Shown: one piece after another, positions 60,751-64,000 of the stretch
Numbering within the stretch: position 1 is the stretch's first letter
Layout: the number at the start of each line of letters is the position of its first letter
Origin: Elusimicrobiota bacterium
GTDB taxonomy: Bacteria; Elusimicrobiota; Elusimicrobia; F11
Assembly: GCA_044221725.1 (NCBI GenBank)
Contig: JBGAON010000003.1
Span: 192,001-256,000, forward strand
Reading direction: 5' to 3'
Length of the DNA: 64,000 nucleotides
Translations under genes and position numbers: made by a program
Notes under the pieces: model-generated
Database searches by the model: none
The model's input: only the letters and a program-made list of their open reading frames with translations
Told to the model about the DNA's origin: nothing

Positions 60751-63700
60751 ATGTTCTTAACAACTCAATCCATCAACCGCCCCATCGGAACGCTCATGGT
60801 CGTTCTCGGCGTTTGTCTGGGGGGCGTCGTCGGCATGTTTTATTTGCCGGTCGACATGATGCCGAACGCCGAGTCGTCGCAAGTGACCATTTACGTGGGT
60901 GTGCGTGGCGGCATGCCCTCCGAAGACATTGAGCATCTGGTGACCGAACCCATTGAAGAAGCGGTGGCCACGATGTCGGGGCTCAAAGAAATTCTTTCCA
61001 CGTCGAAAAAAGACCGCAGCACGATCACGCTCATGTTCGAAGATTCGGACAACGTGAAGCGCGCGCAACTCGAAGTATCCGAACGGCTTGCGCGCATCAA
61101 GGGCAAGTTGCCGCGCGAAATCGAAAAACCCATCGTCGCGCGCTACAATGAAAATGACCATCCAATTGTAATTCTCAGCGCCACGTCGTCCGTGAAAACG
61201 CCCGAAGTGATTCGCTCGCTCATTGAAAAAGATTTGAAACCCTTGCTCGCGCGAGTGCCCGGTGTTGGCAACGTCGAGATCACCGGTGGCCGTCAGCGCA
61301 AAATTCTTGTGGAGTTCGAAAAATCAAAACTGGAAATGCACACGCTGTCGATTCTTGATGTGATCCGTGAGCTCGGCCAATCGAACGTGTCATTGTCCTC
61401 CGGAAAATTTGATTCGGGGCGTGACGCGTGGTCCGTGCAGTTGATTGGTGATTTCAAATCGCTGGACGAAATGCGCGAGCTTGGCGTTTCGATTACGAAA
61501 CAAGGTTCTCGGATTCGGTTAAAAGACATCGCGACGGTGCGCGACTACTACCTGGAACCCGAATCGTACGCGCGCATCAACAACCAGCCGTCTGTGTCCA
61601 TTTACGTTCAAAAAGAGAGCGGCGCGAACACCATCAAGTCGGCGCAAGAAGTTTTGCGCACGGTGGGCGAATACCAAAAGACGCTTCCGAAAGATATCGG
61701 CATCGGCGTCTCGATTGATCAGTCGGTGGCGATCAAGCAAGCCATTTCCGATGTGCGCGGAGCGTTGACCGAAGGAGCGCTCCTCACGGCGTTTATTTTG
61801 TGGCTGTTCTTGCGCCGCATGAAACAGGTGGGCGTGATCATTCTTTCGATTCCGGTCGCTGTGCTCGGCACCTTCTTCGTGATGTTGTTGCACGGCGTGT
61901 TCATGGAAAAAATGGGCAACCCGCCGATGTTCACGATCAACGTGATGTCGCTTTTGGGTGTGGCGCTCGGTATTGGGCGCATGGTGGACGACTCGATCGT
62001 CGTGTTCGAAAATATTTTGCACCGGTATCAACAACACGTGCGCGAAGGTACCGCGTTTAACAAAGTCGAAGTGGCCATCGATGCGACGCGCGAGATGGCG
62101 CTCGCGGTGGCGTCGTCCACGCTAATCCTGGTTGTGATCTTTGTGCCGATTGTGCTTTTTAGTGAAGACATTCGGCGGCAGTTTGCCGACGTGGCGTTTA
62201 CCGTGATCGTTTCGTTGTTGTGCTCGCTCGTGATGGCAATCACGATCATTCCGCTGCTGGCTGCGCAACTTAAGGTCACATCAGGCAAGTCCGATACGTC
62301 CGACATGTTCGAGTGGGAACGGAAGTTCGGGGAATGGCGAGCCACCAAATGGGCCGCATTTCGAGCGAATATGGAATCGCCACCGCCCGACGGGAAAGGA
62401 ATGGCGCTGCGCATCGCCAAGATCGCCCGAACAATCATGAATTCGAGTCTTGTTCGCAACACGCGCCGTCTTTTTCATAGAGGGAAAGGCGATTTTTCGT
62501 GGTCACGATTGATTCGTCACTCCGAGGCGTGGGCTGTACGAAACAGAAGGTACGTGATGCTCGGCGTGGTCGCATCGCTCGTGATCTCTGTCGCGATCTA
62601 CATGAAGTTGCCCAAGGAATTTTTGGGCAGCGGCGGCAAAGACGAATTCATTATCTTCGTCGAACTGCCTTCCGGTTCAAAACTCGATGTGTCGGACAAG
62701 GTGGTCACCGCGGTCGAAAACGAAATCAACGCGTTGCCCGAGGTGAAGCAGGTCGTGAAAACCGTGTCGTCGCGCGTCGAAGGGTGGTCGTCCAAAATCT
62801 ACGTGACACTGAACAAGGGATTTGAGCGCACGCGGACCGCTGAAGACATTATCGGGGCGCTTCGCCCCAAATTGAAAACCATCGGCGCGCAATACGAGGC
62901 GTTCATTTATTTCTCGGAAGCGTCGAGCGCCAAAGAATTGACCGTCGATTTGTTTGGCAAAGACTATTTGCAGCTGCGCGATTTGGCGGTTGAAACCGCT
63001 AAGCGCATGCAGCAAGTGCAGGGCCTGCGCGACGTAAAATTGCGTTACAAACCGGGGCAACCCGAAATCCGTATGGACGTCGATCACGAACGCGCGGCGC
63101 TCTTCGGGCTCAACTCCAAAGACATTGCGGACACGCTGCACGCCGAAATCCGCGGCTTGCGAGCGACGTACTTCAATGCGGGCAACGAACAAGTGGAAAC
63201 GGTGGGCCGGCTTTCCGAGGAAGACCGGCGCACCGTCGACAATTTAAGCAATCTCACGCTTCTGTCGAACACGCGGCGTCGGAATGTGGTGCCGGTCATG
63301 CAAGTGGTGGAAGTCGGTCACGGGTTTACTCCGAGCGAAGTGTGGCGCCGGAACAAGGAGCGCGTGATTCAAGTGTCGGGCAATCGCGACAAATTGGCGC
63401 TCTCAACGGCTGTCGAAAAAGTCCAACGCGCGCTCAAAGACATGCACGTGCCCGTCGGTTACCATTACGAATTCGGTGGCGACTATCAGAAACTCGTGAA
63501 AAGCGAAAAAGAATTTCTGTACGCGTTCATTGTGATGATGACGCTCGTGTACATGGTGCTCGCGTGTTTCTTTGAGTCCTATTCACAGCCGTTCCTGATG
63601 TTGCTCACGTTGCCGCTCGCCACCGCCGGATCCATGCCGGCACTTTTGCTGACAAAAACGTCGGTCAACATGGGCGTGTACATCGGACTCCTGATGTTGG

Positions 63701-64000
63701 GGGGAACCGTGACGTCGAACGGGGTCATTCTTATCGATCGACTTAATTCCGTGCGGAAAACGCGCAGTCTTTACCGCGCCGTTCTTAAATCCGGAATCGA
63801 ACGGTCGCGCCCGATTTTTATGACGTCTCTCTCGACGATCGCGGCAATGCTGCCGCTCACATTTGAAAAAGGCGAATCCGCCGATTTGTGGGCGCCGCTG
63901 GCTCTAACCGTCGTCACCGGCATCGCGCTCTCGTCGGTGCTAACGCTGCTCGTGATCCCCGCGGCGTATGTCATGTTGGAAGACATCAAGAAGTACTTCG
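60751..64000 (+). CDS. RND (AcrB-family) permease 2 (3' end just beyond the window)
   Basis: Frame from ATG 60751: MFLTTQSINRPIGTLM..VTEPIEEAV; MVDDSIVVFEN at 61981; FESYSQPF; RSRPIFMT; last TM LLVIPAAY at the window end. Absent from the ORF track because no stop codon is in the window. Confidence 0.92.
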   Translation, partial: MFLTTQSINRPIGTLMVVLGVCLGGVVGMFYLPVDMMPNAESSQVTIYVGVRGGMPSEDIEHLVTEPIEEAVATMSGLKEILSTSKKDRSTITLMFEDSDNVKRAQLEVSERLARIKGKLPREIEKPIVARYNENDHPIVILSATSSVKTPEVIRSLIEKDLKPLLARVPGVGNVEITGGRQRKILVEFEKSKLEMHTLSILDVIRELGQSNVSLSSGKFDSGRDAWSVQLIGDFKSLDEMRELGVSITKQGSRIRLKDIATVRDYYLEPESYARINNQPSVSIYVQKESGANTIKSAQEVLRTVGEYQKTLPKDIGIGVSIDQSVAIKQAISDVRGALTEGALLTAFILWLFLRRMKQVGVIILSIPVAVLGTFFVMLLHGVFMEKMGNPPMFTINVMSLLGVALGIGRMVDDSIVVFENILHRYQQHVREGTAFNKVEVAIDATREMALAVASSTLILVVIFVPIVLFSEDIRRQFADVAFTVIVSLLCSLVMAITIIPLLAAQLKVTSGKSDTSDMFEWERKFGEWRATKWAAFRANMESPPPDGKGMALRIAKIARTIMNSSLVRNTRRLFHRGKGDFSWSRLIRHSEAWAVRNRRYVMLGVVASLVISVAIYMKLPKEFLGSGGKDEFIIFVELPSGSKLDVSDKVVTAVENEINALPEVKQVVKTVSSRVEGWSSKIYVTLNKGFERTRTAEDIIGALRPKLKTIGAQYEAFIYFSEASSAKELTVDLFGKDYLQLRDLAVETAKRMQQVQGLRDVKLRYKPGQPEIRMDVDHERAALFGLNSKDIADTLHAEIRGLRATYFNAGNEQVETVGRLSEEDRRTVDNLSNLTLLSNTRRRNVVPVMQVVEVGHGFTPSEVWRRNKERVIQVSGNRDKLALSTAVEKVQRALKDMHVPVGYHYEFGGDYQKLVKSEKEFLYAFIVMMTLVYMVLACFFESYSQPFLMLLTLPLATAGSMPALLLTKTSVNMGVYIGLLMLGGTVTSNGVILIDRLNSVRKTRSLYRAVLKSGIERSRPIFMTSLSTIAAMLPLTFEKGESADLWAPLALTVVTGIALSSVLTLLVIPAAYVMLEDIKKYF

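Noticed and set aside
1..64000. CRISPR arrays, tRNA/rRNA genes, transposases, integrases, prophage genes
   Set aside because: None seen; the window is almost fully protein-coding and the giant gene's repeats are protein-level, not spacer arrays.

Overview
Bacterial chromosomal window. The protein families suggest Elusimicrobiota; this is an inference, not a search result. In order it contains: (1) the 3' end of rplA, followed after only 12 nt by a Rieske / cytochrome b / pentaheme cytochrome c operon and fixCX; (2) a 1963-aa mosaic membrane protein (signal peptide, TraB/ChaN-like N-domain, sigma-70 regions 2 and 4+4, Ser/Thr kinase-like domain, SAM methyltransferase, with CPBP-like membrane blocks between cargo domains); (3) a minus-strand HEAT / HD-GYP / squalene-synthase-like operon; (4) an operon of small membrane protein, FtsH paralog, RND adaptor and four two-component genes; (5) an 8766-aa FG-GAP/FN3 surface protein ending in a T9SS-like C-terminal domain (CTD), then a CTD-only protein; (6) an AbrB-Doc toxin-antitoxin pair; (7) an operon of PorV-like barrel-TPR fusion, TPR protein, AMIN-TolC, RND, lipoprotein and a second RND that runs off the window. 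The strongest unannotated signal is one promoter architecture (four TT[A/T/C]A boxes at exact 11-bp period, a -10 hexamer starting 15 nt after the last box, then a near-leaderless ATG) shared by the 1963-aa gene, the 8766-aa gene and the PorV/TolC/RND operon. This points to a candidate co-regulated export/adhesion system.
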